From Octopus vulgaris (lineage: Eukaryota), in assembly GCA_951406725.2 (NCBI GenBank), contig OX597814.1:78616001-78680000 (forward strand): DNA of 64,000 nt, given 5' to 3'. Position numbers and translations under genes: made by a program. Of the stretch, positions 28,876 through 40,468 are shown one piece after another (position 1 is the first letter of the stretch; every line of letters starts with the position of its first letter). A model generated the notes under the pieces. It was given only the letters and a program-made list of their open reading frames with translations, ran no database searches and was not told the origin of the DNA.

Positions 28876-28877
<2 letters not shown>
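28495..28877 (-). mobile_element. 352-bp-period non-coding element with 31-bp terminal direct repeats and a hammerhead ribozyme (retrozyme / solo pLTR-like)
   Basis: GTGATRTAAATATGCCATTTGAATATGGCTA at 28495-28525 and 28847-28877. Flanked by (TA)n. Internal hammerhead motif on the minus strand. Confidence 0.75.
28659..28703 (-). ncRNA. Type-I hammerhead ribozyme
   Basis: Minus strand: CACACG CUGAUGA U AGGU caau ACCU U GAAA CUCGGG UC^CGUGUG. It has a 6-bp stem I, intact CUGAUGA/GAAA core, GUC cleavage triplet and quasi-palindromic stem III. Confidence 0.85.
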
Positions 28878-28906
<29 letters not shown>

Positions 28907-28924
28907 GTAAGTGTGTGTGTATTT

Positions 28925-29117
28925 GTCCCCCTAGCATTGCTTGACAACCGATGTTGGTGTGTTTACGTCGCCATCACTAAGCGGTTCGGCAAAGGAGACC
29001 GATGGAATAAGTACTGGGCTTACAAAGAATAAGTCCCGGGGTCGATTTGCTCGACTAAAGGCGGTGCTCCAGCATGGCCGCAGTCAAATGACTGAAACAA
29101 GTAAAAGAGTAAAAGAG
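28925..29117 (+). mobile_element. 3' half of the major octopus-type tRNA SINE
   Basis: GCTTGACAACCGATGTTGGTGTGTTTACGTC...GCATGGCCGCAGTCAAATGACTGAAACAAGTAAAAGAG, as in 34385-34587. Confidence 0.85.
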
Positions 29118-29144
29118 TACATATGTATATATACACGCACAAAT

Positions 29145-29197
<53 letters not shown>

Positions 29198-29198
29198 A

Positions 29199-29249
<51 letters not shown>

Positions 29250-29503
29250 CATATGATTGATTGATTGATTCTAGTTTCAGCTTATGAGCTGTGGCCATGC
29301 TGGGGCACCGCCATTTATGTATATACAAATATATATATACATATACATACATATACATATACATACACACACACATATATATATATACGTGTATATATAT
29401 ATATATACATATGTATATATATATATATACATATGTATATCTATATATATATGTATATACATATTTATATATATGTATGTATGTATACATATATATATAT
29501 ATA

Positions 29504-29643
29504 TGTATCTTTCTGTTGAAGAGCGTAGGCTCGAAACGTAAAAGACTTGTTTTATTTATATTCCTGAGCGCCATACTAATACAATTGTTTGTTTGTATTC
29601 CACCTGCCTTCGTCTTTTGTTTATTTTCATAAAGCTTCCCGTT
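29504..29643 (+). mobile_element. Short Penelope pLTR fragment beginning just upstream of its hammerhead-like motif (29508-29545)
   Basis: Same family as 51230-51370; embedded in (TA)n. Confidence 0.85.
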
Positions 29644-29921
29644 ATACATATATATATATGTATATACATATATGTATGTATACATATATATGTATATACA
29701 TATATATATGTATACATATATTTATATATACATATATATATATATACATATATATATTATACATATATATATATGTATATACATATATATTATATATATA
29801 TGTATATACATATATATATGTATACATATATTTATATATACATATATATATATACATATATATATGTATGTATATATTATATATATATGTATATACATAT
29901 ATATATATATATACATATATA

Positions 29922-29955
<34 letters not shown>

Positions 29956-29987
29956 CACATACATACACATATACACATATATATACA

Positions 29988-30348
29988 TCATCATCATCAT
30001 CGTCTAACGTCTGCTTTCCATGCTAGCATGGGTTAGACAAATGACTGAGGGCTGGCGAACCAGATGGCTGCACCAGGCTTCAATCTTGATCTGGCAGAGT
30101 TTCTACAGCTGGATGCCCTTCCTAACGCCAACCACTCTGAGAGTGTAGTGGGTGCTTTTTCGTGTGACCGTAATGGGGCCAGTCAGGCGCTACTGACAAC
30201 GACCTCGCTCGAATCTTTTACACATGCCACCAGCACAGGTGCCTGTAAGGCGATGCTGGTAACGATCACGCTTGAATGGTGTCTTTTGCGTATCACCGGC
30301 ATAGAGGCCAGATAGCCGCTCTGGCAATGATCACGCTCGGATGGTGCT
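29988..30348 (-). mobile_element. RTE 3'-UTR copy
   Basis: (CAT)n tail on the left, CAGCTGGATGCCCTTCCTAACGCC, and tandem sub-repeats. Similar minus copies at 27680-28250, 31533-31915 and 55163-55445. Confidence 0.8.
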
Positions 30349-30499
30349 ATACACACACACACACACACATTTGTAAAGATGCGAAGCTGAATATTGGTCA
30401 ATAACTGATGAAGAAATATGGACCTTCTGTTTGTTTCCCATTAATTTTTACATTCAGTATACTTTACGTCATTTGTTTATACACATTTTTTCATTTATT

Positions 30500-30534
<35 letters not shown>

Positions 30535-30815
30535 AGATCATTGTGATATACATATGTATATATATATATGTGTGTGTGTGTGTGTATGTACAAATCACAA
30601 CCAGCATATAAGTATTTGTATATATGTATAATTGTGTATATATATGTGTGTGTCTATGCATATATATACATACATGTGCACACACGTGGTGAGATATATA
30701 TACATGTGTGTGTATATATATATATATATGTATCACATCCACCATCACCGCAGAAATAAATACAACACCAACAACTATAGCACTAATGCTATAAGAATTT
30801 TCCTTGTTAACCCAG

Positions 30816-30875
30816 TCATCAACCTGAACAAGTTCTGCAGTTACATGGGAGGAGTAGCAGAAACACCCCCACAGG
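30816..30875 (+). CDS. Candidate 60-nt internal exon of an unidentified host gene
   Basis: Branch-like CACTAAT (30781-30787), TTTTCCTTGTTAACCCAG| acceptor and CAGG|GTGAGT donor. Length is divisible by 3. Two open phases: xINLNKFCSYMGGVAETPPQ or xHQPEQVLQLHGRSSRNTPT. Sequence looks unique, not repetitive. Confidence 0.6.
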
Positions 30876-31311
30876 GTGAGTAAAGTGATAATTACTTTTG
30901 CAGAAAGTTAGCCAAATTTTGCTTGTTTCTCTGAAATGTTTTCACTGTGAGATTCTTAACCTCCCAAAGCTTTTCTCCCCTGCCCTCCCACCATCTCCCT
31001 TTCCCACACTGTTAGTAACAGGTTGATAAGTGACTTCCTGGAGAGATTGCAGCACACAAGAAAGGCTGAGGTGATGGAGAGGAAATGGACTTGATTGAAA
31101 ATTAATAAATATAGTAATCACTAAACTGTATATAAGTATATAGTTAGTTTTCATTTGATATAGTTAGCCTTGGTATTTCTTACATCCTTAAACTATTGAT
31201 TCTGGGAATAAACTGTTCTTCATTTACTGTTTAAATTCGTGAGAAGACCACCCAACAAACAAATTAATAAAAACAAGGGTGAACACTCAAATGGATGCAC
31301 ACACACACATC

Positions 31312-31432
31312 AAATAAGTAACAAGGATATCAAGGTATTAGTGCATTGCGGTTGTTTCAGGTGGTGCCATTAACTGGAGCCACATGAAAAGGTTGTAATG
31401 CACTAACACCCTGACATCCTTGTTACATATTT
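31312..31432. repeat. Imperfect ~120-nt palindrome / fold-back
   Basis: GTAACAAGGATATCAAGGTATTAGTGCATTGC is inverted to GTAATGCACTAACACCCTGACATCCTTGTTAC. Inner TTTCAGGTGG../..CCACATGAAA also pair. Confidence 0.8.
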
Positions 31433-31452
31433 GCGTTACATATATATATATA

Positions 31453-31515
<63 letters not shown>

Positions 31516-31954
31516 AATATATATATATATATCATCATCATCATCATCATTGTTGTTTAATGTCCGCTTTCCATGCTAGCATGGTTTGACTGTAGGCTGG
31601 AGAACCAGATGGCTGCACCAGGCTCCAGTCTTGATCTGGCACAGTTTCTACAGCTGGATGCCCTTCTTAATGCCAACCACTCTGAGAGTGTAGTGGGTGG
31701 TTTTACGTGCCACCGGCACAGGGGCTGGTCAGGCAGTACTGGCAACGACCTCGCTCAAATTTTTTTTTTTTACACATGCCAACGGCACAGGTGCCAGTAA
31801 GGCGATGCTGGTAATGATTCCGCTCGAATGGTGCCTCTTCCATGCCACCGGCATGGAAGCCAGTTAGCTGCTCTGGCAACGATCATGCTCAGATGGTGCT
31901 CTTAGCACCCTACTAGTACCCGAGATTCTGCTAGGTTCCTCACAGGCAAAGAAC

Positions 31955-32205
31955 ACAGGTAGCACGTAAAAAGCACCATCCAATCGTGGCCGTTTGCCAG
32001 CCTTGTCTGGCACCTGTGCAGGTGGCATGTAAAAAGCACCCACTACACTCACGGAGTGGTTGGCGTTAGGAAGGGCATCCAGCCATAGAAACATTGCCAG
32101 ATCAGACTGGGCCTGGTGCAGCCTTCTGGCTTCCCAGACCCCAGTTGAACCATCCAACCCACGCTAGCATGGAAAGCGGACGCTAAATGGTGATGATGAT
32201 GATGA
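31955..32205 (+). mobile_element. RTE 3'-UTR copy with (GAT)n tail
   Basis: Near-identical to 9782-10032 and 28285-28470. Confidence 0.85.
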
Positions 32206-32240
32206 TAATATATATATATAACACATATATTATATATTTA

Positions 32241-32314
<74 letters not shown>

Positions 32315-32334
32315 TATTTATACATATATATTCA

Positions 32335-32718
32335 TCTCTCTATATATAAACGGCAGTTTGTCTGTGCGTGTTTCTGTGTGTCTGTTTTCTCGTACCCTCA
32401 CCCTGACCATGGCTTTCAACCGATTCTGATGAAACTTGACACACGCATAGCCCAATGTCATAATTCAAAACTAACGCAGCGAAAATTTTGAAAAGTTCCC
32501 CCAGTTCTGAAAAAAATCGATAAATTCGACATGGGGTCGAGAATAAAAAAAAACAAACCACAGACTGTCTAGGGGACGCAACTCAACCTTTTTTACTCTC
32601 AAAAAAATTTACCATAATTTTTTTTCCATTTTTTTGCTATTTTTTGGCTATAACTCTCTAAAGATGCTTTATAGTTATTTCCCTTACAAACCTGAGCAAC
32701 GCCGGGCGATACTGCTAG
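32335..32718 (+). mobile_element. Non-autonomous Helitron
   Basis: A|TCTCTCTATATATAAA...CCTGAGCAACGCCGGGCGATACTGCTAG|T. Confidence 0.85.
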
Positions 32719-32832
32719 TATTATATATATACATATATATTCATATATATATATATATATATAAATATAAATATATATACACATATACATATTTATATAA
32801 TATATATATATACATATATATTTATAAATATA

Positions 32833-33024
32833 GGTTGTCATAATAAAACTCGTTTTTGTTTATCTCAATAACTGATGAGATGCCGCAGCAGACTTCAGCC
32901 TCGACATCTGAGTTTTATTATGACAACCAACTAATTGTCACATATTATATTTATAGATAAATTCCTCTATTTACATAATATTGAGGTCTCATTCATTCTT
33001 TTGTTTTCATATCAATATCATTAA

Positions 33025-33025
<1 letters not shown>
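32833..33025 (+). mobile_element. Penelope pLTR-like relic with decayed hammerhead (32867-32919) and 19-bp inverted repeat
   Basis: AATAA CTGATGA GAtGC..GCCTC GAcA..GTT TTATT. GGTTGTCATAATAAAACTC (32833-32851) is inverted to 32910-32928. Confidence 0.55.
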
Positions 33026-33638
<613 letters not shown>

Positions 33639-33639
33639 T

Positions 33640-33853
33640 TTCTTTAGTACCCACAAGGAACTAAACACAGAGGGGACAAATGGATTAAGTCGATTACATC
33701 GACCCCAGTGCGTAACTGGTACTTAATTTATCGACCCCAAAAGGATGAAAGGCAAAGTCGACCTCGGTGGAATTTGAACTCAGAACGTAACGGCAGACGA
33801 AATATGGCTACGCATTTCGCCCAGCATGCTAACGTTTTTGCCAGCTAGCCGCC
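33640..33853 (-). mobile_element. Conserved-core SINE (GCCTTTCATCC..GGGGTCGATAAA..AGTACCAG central domain)
   Basis: Minus strand GGCGGCTAGCTGGCAAAAACGTTAGC...GAGTTCAAATTCC...central domain. Many decayed copies (about 2930, 9640, 13880, 22510, 38610, 39435, 52100). Confidence 0.85.
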
Positions 33854-34166
33854 TTAATATATACATGTATACATATATATTTATAATATATATATATATA
33901 TATACATACATATTTATATAATATATATATACATATATATTTATAAATATATATATATTGTACATATATATACACACATATTTATATAATATATATATAT
34001 ACATACATGTTTATATAATATATATATACATATTTATATAATATATATATACATATTTATATAATATATATATACATATTTATATAATATATATATACAT
34101 ATTTATATAATATATTTATATACATATTTATATAATATATTTATATACATATTTATATAATATATA

Positions 34167-34587
34167 GGCGCAGGAGTGGCTGTGTGGTAAGTAGCCTGTC
34201 TACCAACCACATGGTTCCGGGTTCAGTCCCACTGTGTGGCACCTTGGGCAAGTGTCTTCTACTATAGCCTCGGGCCGACCAATGCCTTGTGAGTGGATTT
34301 GGTAGACGGAAACTGAAAGAAGCCCGTCGTATATATGTATATATATATATATGTATGCGTGTGTGTGTTTGTGTGTCTGTGTTTGTCCCCATAGCATTGC
34401 TTGACAACAGATGCTGGTGTGTTTGTGTCCCCGTCACTTAGCGGTTCGGCAAAAGAGACCGATAGAATAAGTACTGGGCTTACAATAGAATAAGTTCCGG
34501 GGTCGAGTTGCTCGATTAAAGGCGGTGCTCCAGCATGGCCGCAGTCAAATGACTGAAACAAGTAAAAGAGTAAAAGAGTAAAAGAGT
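34167..34587 (+). mobile_element. Full-length major octopus-type tRNA-derived SINE with internal (TA/TG)n and (GTAAAAGA)n tail
   Basis: A box TGGCTGTGTGG and B box GGTTCAGTCCC. Many full or partial copies in both orientations (e.g. 4620-4970, 11900-12310, 15090-15520, 27000-27500, 34975-35590, 38245-38405, 60390-60780, 62119-62750). Confidence 0.9.
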
Positions 34588-35624
34588 ATATATATATATG
34601 TGTGTAATATTTTGGAAATGAGTATACATCAGTTTGTGTGCTCTTGTGTTGAGTAAAGCACTGGTGCAGTTTGGGCTACTTGGCGTCGTCTGCAGTTCGG
34701 GTATATTTTCTTTGGATCTACTTCAGGAATTCCACAGTGTTAGTTGAGATAATAATTAAGTAAACAGAAGATAATTGTTATAACTCTTTATTTTGTATGA
34801 CAATCGTTTCAACCCATCCTGCGATTGTCCTTTATGGGTGGCATGCTATGCATCATGTTATGGTGCATCAATCTTGCAGTCTCAAACTCAAGATCTTTAA
34901 CAAGTCACCAATTCCATTTTCTGTCTACTTAAGTGATTACCATATATATATATATATATATATATATATTCTTTTATTGTTTTAATTGTTTCAGTCATTT
35001 GACTGCAGCCTTGCTGGAGCACCACCTTTAGTTAAAGAAATCGATCCCAGGTCTTTTCTAAGCCTAGTACTTACTCTATTAGTCACTTTTGCAGAACCGC
35101 TAAGTTACATGGATGTAAACACACCAACATCGCTTGTCAAGCAATGGTAGGGGGACAAACACAGACACACAAATACATACATACATTTTTTTGTTAAGTT
35201 TTACTTGTTTTAGTCATTAGACTGTGGCTATGCTGTGGCACTGCCTTGAAGAATTCTTAGTGGAATGAATTGATCCCAATATTTATATTTTTTTAAAGCC
35301 TGGCTTAGTACTTATTCTAGTGGTCTTTTTTGCTGAACTACTAAGTTATAGGGATGTAAACACACCAACGTCTGTTGTCACATGACTGTGGAGGACAAAT
35401 ACAGACACAAAGACACACACATATATACAATGGGCTTCTTTCAGTTTCTATCTACCAAATCCACTCACAAGGCATTGGTCAGCCTGAGGCTATAGTAGAA
35501 GACACTTACCCAAGGTGCCATGTAGTTGGACTGAATCCAGAAACATGTGGTTGGAAAGCAAACTTCTTTACCACACAGCCACACTTGCAACTACATAATA
35601 TATATCCTTCTGTTGGTGTGAAGC

Positions 35625-35820
35625 ACACATGGCAACACCATGTAAAAGCATCTGGGTGGTGCCACATAAAAACGCACGTGTGGTGCCACATAAAAGCGCC
35701 TGTGTGGTGCCACTTAAAACCACCTGCGTGTCACCATGTAAAAGTGTCCATGTGACGTCACATAAAAGCACCCATGTGATGCCATGTAAAAATGCCCATA
35801 AGACACCATGTAAAAGCACC
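35625..35820 (+). repeat. ~21-bp tandem expansion (CATGTGGTGCCACATAAAAGC-like) at the 5' side of an RTE 3'-UTR copy
   Basis: About 8-9 consecutive CAYRTAAAAG units run into AAAAGCACCCAGCACACTC..GAAGGGCATCC..GATGATG. Confidence 0.8.
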
Positions 35821-37114
35821 CAGCACACTCTGGAAAGCAGTTGGTGTAAAGAAGGGCATCCAACTGTAGAAACCATGCCAAATCAGACTGGAGTCTAGTG
35901 CTGCTCCTCAGCTTGCCAGCTCTGGTCAAACTGTCCATCTCATGTGAGCATGGACAACGAATGTTAAATGATGATGATGATATATATTGAATTGATAACT
36001 TCTGTATCTTGTTGAAAGCAAGCATACTGTCGCATCACTAAGTAGGTATCATAATTTTATATGCTAGAAATCATATTGATAAGTTATACTGTTCATGTAC
36101 TTATGAATGTATTAGTATGATGGGTGAGAAAATGTCAAAAAGGCAGATAGAGACAATTAGTGCTCAGACTGGACCAGATGATTTAATTAAAGTTTAATTA
36201 TATAAAAAAACAGTTCCAAAGCATTCACAAAATAAACAGAAGTCATAAAGTAGAAAAACAGGAAAATCAGGAGAGTGAGAGTTAATAGTACTGACTAATT
36301 GCTTGCTTGATTGATTGATTGACTGACTGACTGACTGGATGAACAGATGGACGGACAGATATATAGATAGACAAACAGACAGATAGATAGATATCCTAAA
36401 AGTTCATACTCTAATATTACTGATGAAAATCAGGTGGATCTGAGTAGTCCATTGTAGTAGTGCTGGCTATTTTATAAATGCTTTGATGTCATAAACAATC
36501 ACACGTCTAACTCATATTTTATTTTAGTTTACAGATATTAGTAAACATGGATTGCCACATGGCCAAATGGTTAAAACATCTGCTTAGCAATTACAAAATC
36601 TTGAGTTTGACCAAACTGCATGACATCTTGAGCAAATGTCCTTTTAATGTACTCTCAGGCTAACCTTAGCTTTGTGAGTGAATTCATTGGATAGATGGAA
36701 ACTATGCAAAAGCACAGATTGATTGTACTTGTAATTCATTGGCCCAACTTTGCTACACACCATGTCATGCTGATTCTGCCCAAGAATTACATTAAAGGCA
36801 TACATGTCTGTGGAATACTCAACTACTTACATGCTAAGGTAGTTCTGCTGATTCAACAACTAAAAATCAAAGATCTAGTTTACTTCACACAGTAAACCTC
36901 AGTGAAAGTGAAAGGCTTCAGTTGAGAATTGAAATAAAGATATGAGTCTCAGTTTCTTTACTTTCAAATTGTTTAGTCCAATGATTTTTCAACCATTTTT
37001 TTTTTACCTATGGACCTCCTTAATTCCTATTCTACTCTACTGGACTTCCATAACTATTTGATGTATATAAAAAGAAATTCTAGTGTATTTTAAAATTAAG
37101 CAGTAGTGAGGGAT

Positions 37115-37150
<36 letters not shown>

Positions 37151-38184
37151 GGGAATGATAGGGTTTTTTCAGTTTCTGTCTACCATGGCCACTCACAAAC
37201 CTTTGGTCAACCTGAGGCTATAGTAGAAGACACTTGCCAAAGGTGCCATACAGTGGGACTGAATCTGGAAAGCAAACTTCTTACCACAGAGCCACACCTG
37301 TGCCTAGTGTGTATGTGTGTGTGTGTATATATATATATATGACCTTTTGGCTAAGATCAGAGTATAGTGGTTGTATGATATGAAGTCTGCTTCTCAACCA
37401 TATGGTTCTGTGTTCAGTCCCACAGTATGGCATCATGGGTAAGTGTCTTCTGGGACTTCCTCGGGCAGACCAAAGCCTTGTGAGCAGTATTTAGTAGATA
37501 GAAACTAAGAAGAAGTTAATTTTATGTGTATGTGAATATGTGTATATATACATGCATATGTGCGTGTGTCTTTGAGTGTGTACTCGTGTGTCTTTGTCTC
37601 AACATTACATGATAGTTGTAAATGGGTGTCACAGTCATACAAGCAGTGTCATTCATATCAAATATTCTGTGAAAATATGTGTGAGCATGGTAGAATATTA
37701 GCATGCTTGGAAACAGGTGTAAGTTGGCAACAAGAAGGTCATCTGATTGTAGAAAATCTGTCCGACACATAGTCATGGAAAAGTGGACATTAAATGACAA
37801 TTAAATGATGATGATTACACACACACACACACACACCTTATGCAAAGATGGCCAAATTGAATGGTTAAGAATTAGCTTCACAATTATGATGTCACAGTTT
37901 CAATTCCACAGCATAACATCTTGGGAAAGTACTTGGGTTGATGTATAAATTATGAATGAAATTGTTTAGAAGCCAATCACATGATTTGTACCTACAAGTC
38001 AAAGCTCAACTTTGTCAAAGTGTGTCATGCTAATTTTGTCTGGGAATTACATTACTGGTACAATTAAACTATAATTTAATGAGCTTGGTAGTCTAATTGA
38101 TCAAACAACTGAAAACACAGGCCTGGAATTTCTGACAGAGATGCACTTATAAATGTATGTATGTATATGTGTGTGTGTGTATAC

Positions 38185-38231
<47 letters not shown>

Positions 38232-38405
38232 TACAGGCTTCTTTACGACAGGCTTCTTTCAGTTTCCGACTACCAAATCCACTCACAAGGCTTTAGTTGG
38301 CCCGAGGCTATAGTAGAAGATGCTTGCCCAAGGTGCCACACAGTGGGACTGAACCCAGAACCATGTGGTTTGTAAGCAAGCTACTTACCACACAGCCACT
38401 CCTAC

Positions 38406-38446
<41 letters not shown>

Positions 38447-38818
38447 CATACATATATATAAATACACATATACATATATATACATACACACACAAACACA
38501 CATATATATATATATATAGAGATAGATAGAAAGAGAGAAAGAGAAAGGGAGGGAGAGATACTCACATACATACATACTTGTATGTAATGATTATTATTAT
38601 TATTATTAATGCAATGAGCTGGCAGAATTGTTAGCATGTTGGGCAAAAAATGCTTAGCAGCATCTCATCTAACCTTATGTTCTGAGTTCAAATTCCACTG
38701 AGGTTGACAATCCTTTTGGGGTTGATAATATAAGTGCCAGTTGAAAATTGGGGTCAATGTATTGACTTTTTCCTTTCTCTGCCCATAACTGCTGGCCTTG
38801 TACCAAAATTTGAAACAA

Positions 38819-38862
<44 letters not shown>

Positions 38863-39402
38863 GAGTGAGAGAGCAGTGTATCCCATCAAAGTAACACTGG
38901 GATACAAAGCCCAATATACCCATCATGGCTACCCATCTGATAAGAGTACACCAGGCACATGCATCACAACCATATGTGCGTGACATGCTGATCTCATATC
39001 AAGATAAACAGCGCATGACCTTGCAGGAGGGGCCCAATTAGAATTTTCTTCAGGTCAAGTAGCCCATCCTGTTCAAAAGGTCCCTGAATGTTTGTTTTGA
39101 GGATGATGAATAAAACACCCATGTTTCTAGAGGTGAATTATTCAAATCCCAAAGAATTCCTCTCAATACATGGCTATGATGCTCTTACACTTCTACTCAC
39201 AATCAGAGATGCGCATATCGTCAGCCACTAAGGGACATGGTCAACTGATTAAAGTCAAACAACTGACAAGCAAACCTGTGGTATTGTGCAGAATATTTGC
39301 TGTAGCCCATCTTTTATGCCAAGACAAAACAACGTACAGGATACTTCTAATCAGTTAAGATCAAAAGCCATGAGAGCCACTGACTGGTACTGCATCAGGG
39401 CA
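38863..39402. mobile_element. ~540-bp non-coding element inserted in (TTA)n
   Basis: Complex block bounded on both sides by TTA repeats; no ORF or TIR. Family not identified. Confidence 0.5.
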
Positions 39403-40420
39403 TTTATCATTATTATAATTATTATTATTAATGCATTGAGCTGGCAGAATCCTTAGTGCATCAAACAAATTGTTTAGCAGTGTTTCTTCTAACTCTTTAG
39501 GTACTGAGTTCAAATCCTGTCAAGGTCAATTTGTCTTTCATCGTTTTGTATGTGTGTGGGTGGGGGCAGGTCGATAAGATAAAATGCCAATGAAGTACCG
39601 GAGTTATTGTAATCAACTATCCCCAACTCTTTAAAATTGCTGGCCTTGTGCCAAAATCAGAAATAACAACAAGAACAACAACAACAATAATAATTATTAT
39701 TATTATCATTATTTTGTAATGGAAAAGGAAGCACTATTAAAGTCTATAAAAGTTTTGCAGGTGTTCAATGGAAGGAAATGTTAAAAGGAAAACAGGAAAA
39801 ATAACTACAGATAAATAAATATGTAAATAGATAAAAAAAACTTCAATAATAACATCAACGAAGGAATAAGATAAACAGAATTGCTAAATAAACTTGATAA
39901 AACAGTACAAAAATACAGAACAAAACATAGTTATATAAATGTCTTATCTGTTTTCAACTCCAATCATTTAAGCATCTGCATGCAAGTCTAACACCAAAGC
40001 ATATCAATTGGGCGATTTACTGCTATTTCGTATTTATTTTTTCAATTCTATCTTCAATTCTCTCCTTCCTCTCTGCCTATCTTGCCCTCACACACAGATA
40101 TACATGCACACATACACACACACGTACACAAAGATATATGTGTGTGCACAAATAAAATCAAATGGTTACTTCACTGCAGAGAAAAGATTTTTAAATTTTA
40201 AAAGTTGTCTTATATAAATAATGTATGTATGTGTGTAAATACAAATATGTGTAGAGGTATGAATAGAGATGTTTTTATTTGTGTAGATGTAGGTATGTAC
40301 ATAAATGTATCTATGTGTGTAAATGAGTGTGTGTTGATTTATGTAACTGTGTACATGTATGTAGATGTATGTATTCCCAAGATATCAACTATACTTTTTA
40401 AATGTGTATGTGTGCATGTC

Positions 40421-40468
<48 letters not shown>

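Noticed and set aside
29020-30036. Long Y/I/T/H-rich ORFs (also at 5.3, 12.6, 16.0, 24.7, 33.0 kb and elsewhere)
   Set aside because: Translations of (TA)n, (CA)n and (AAT)n microsatellites, which lack stops in several frames.
35625-35820. CRISPR-like regular repeats (also 21188-21336 and 45340-46000)
   Set aside because: Head-to-tail units without unique spacers, eukaryotic context and no cas genes.
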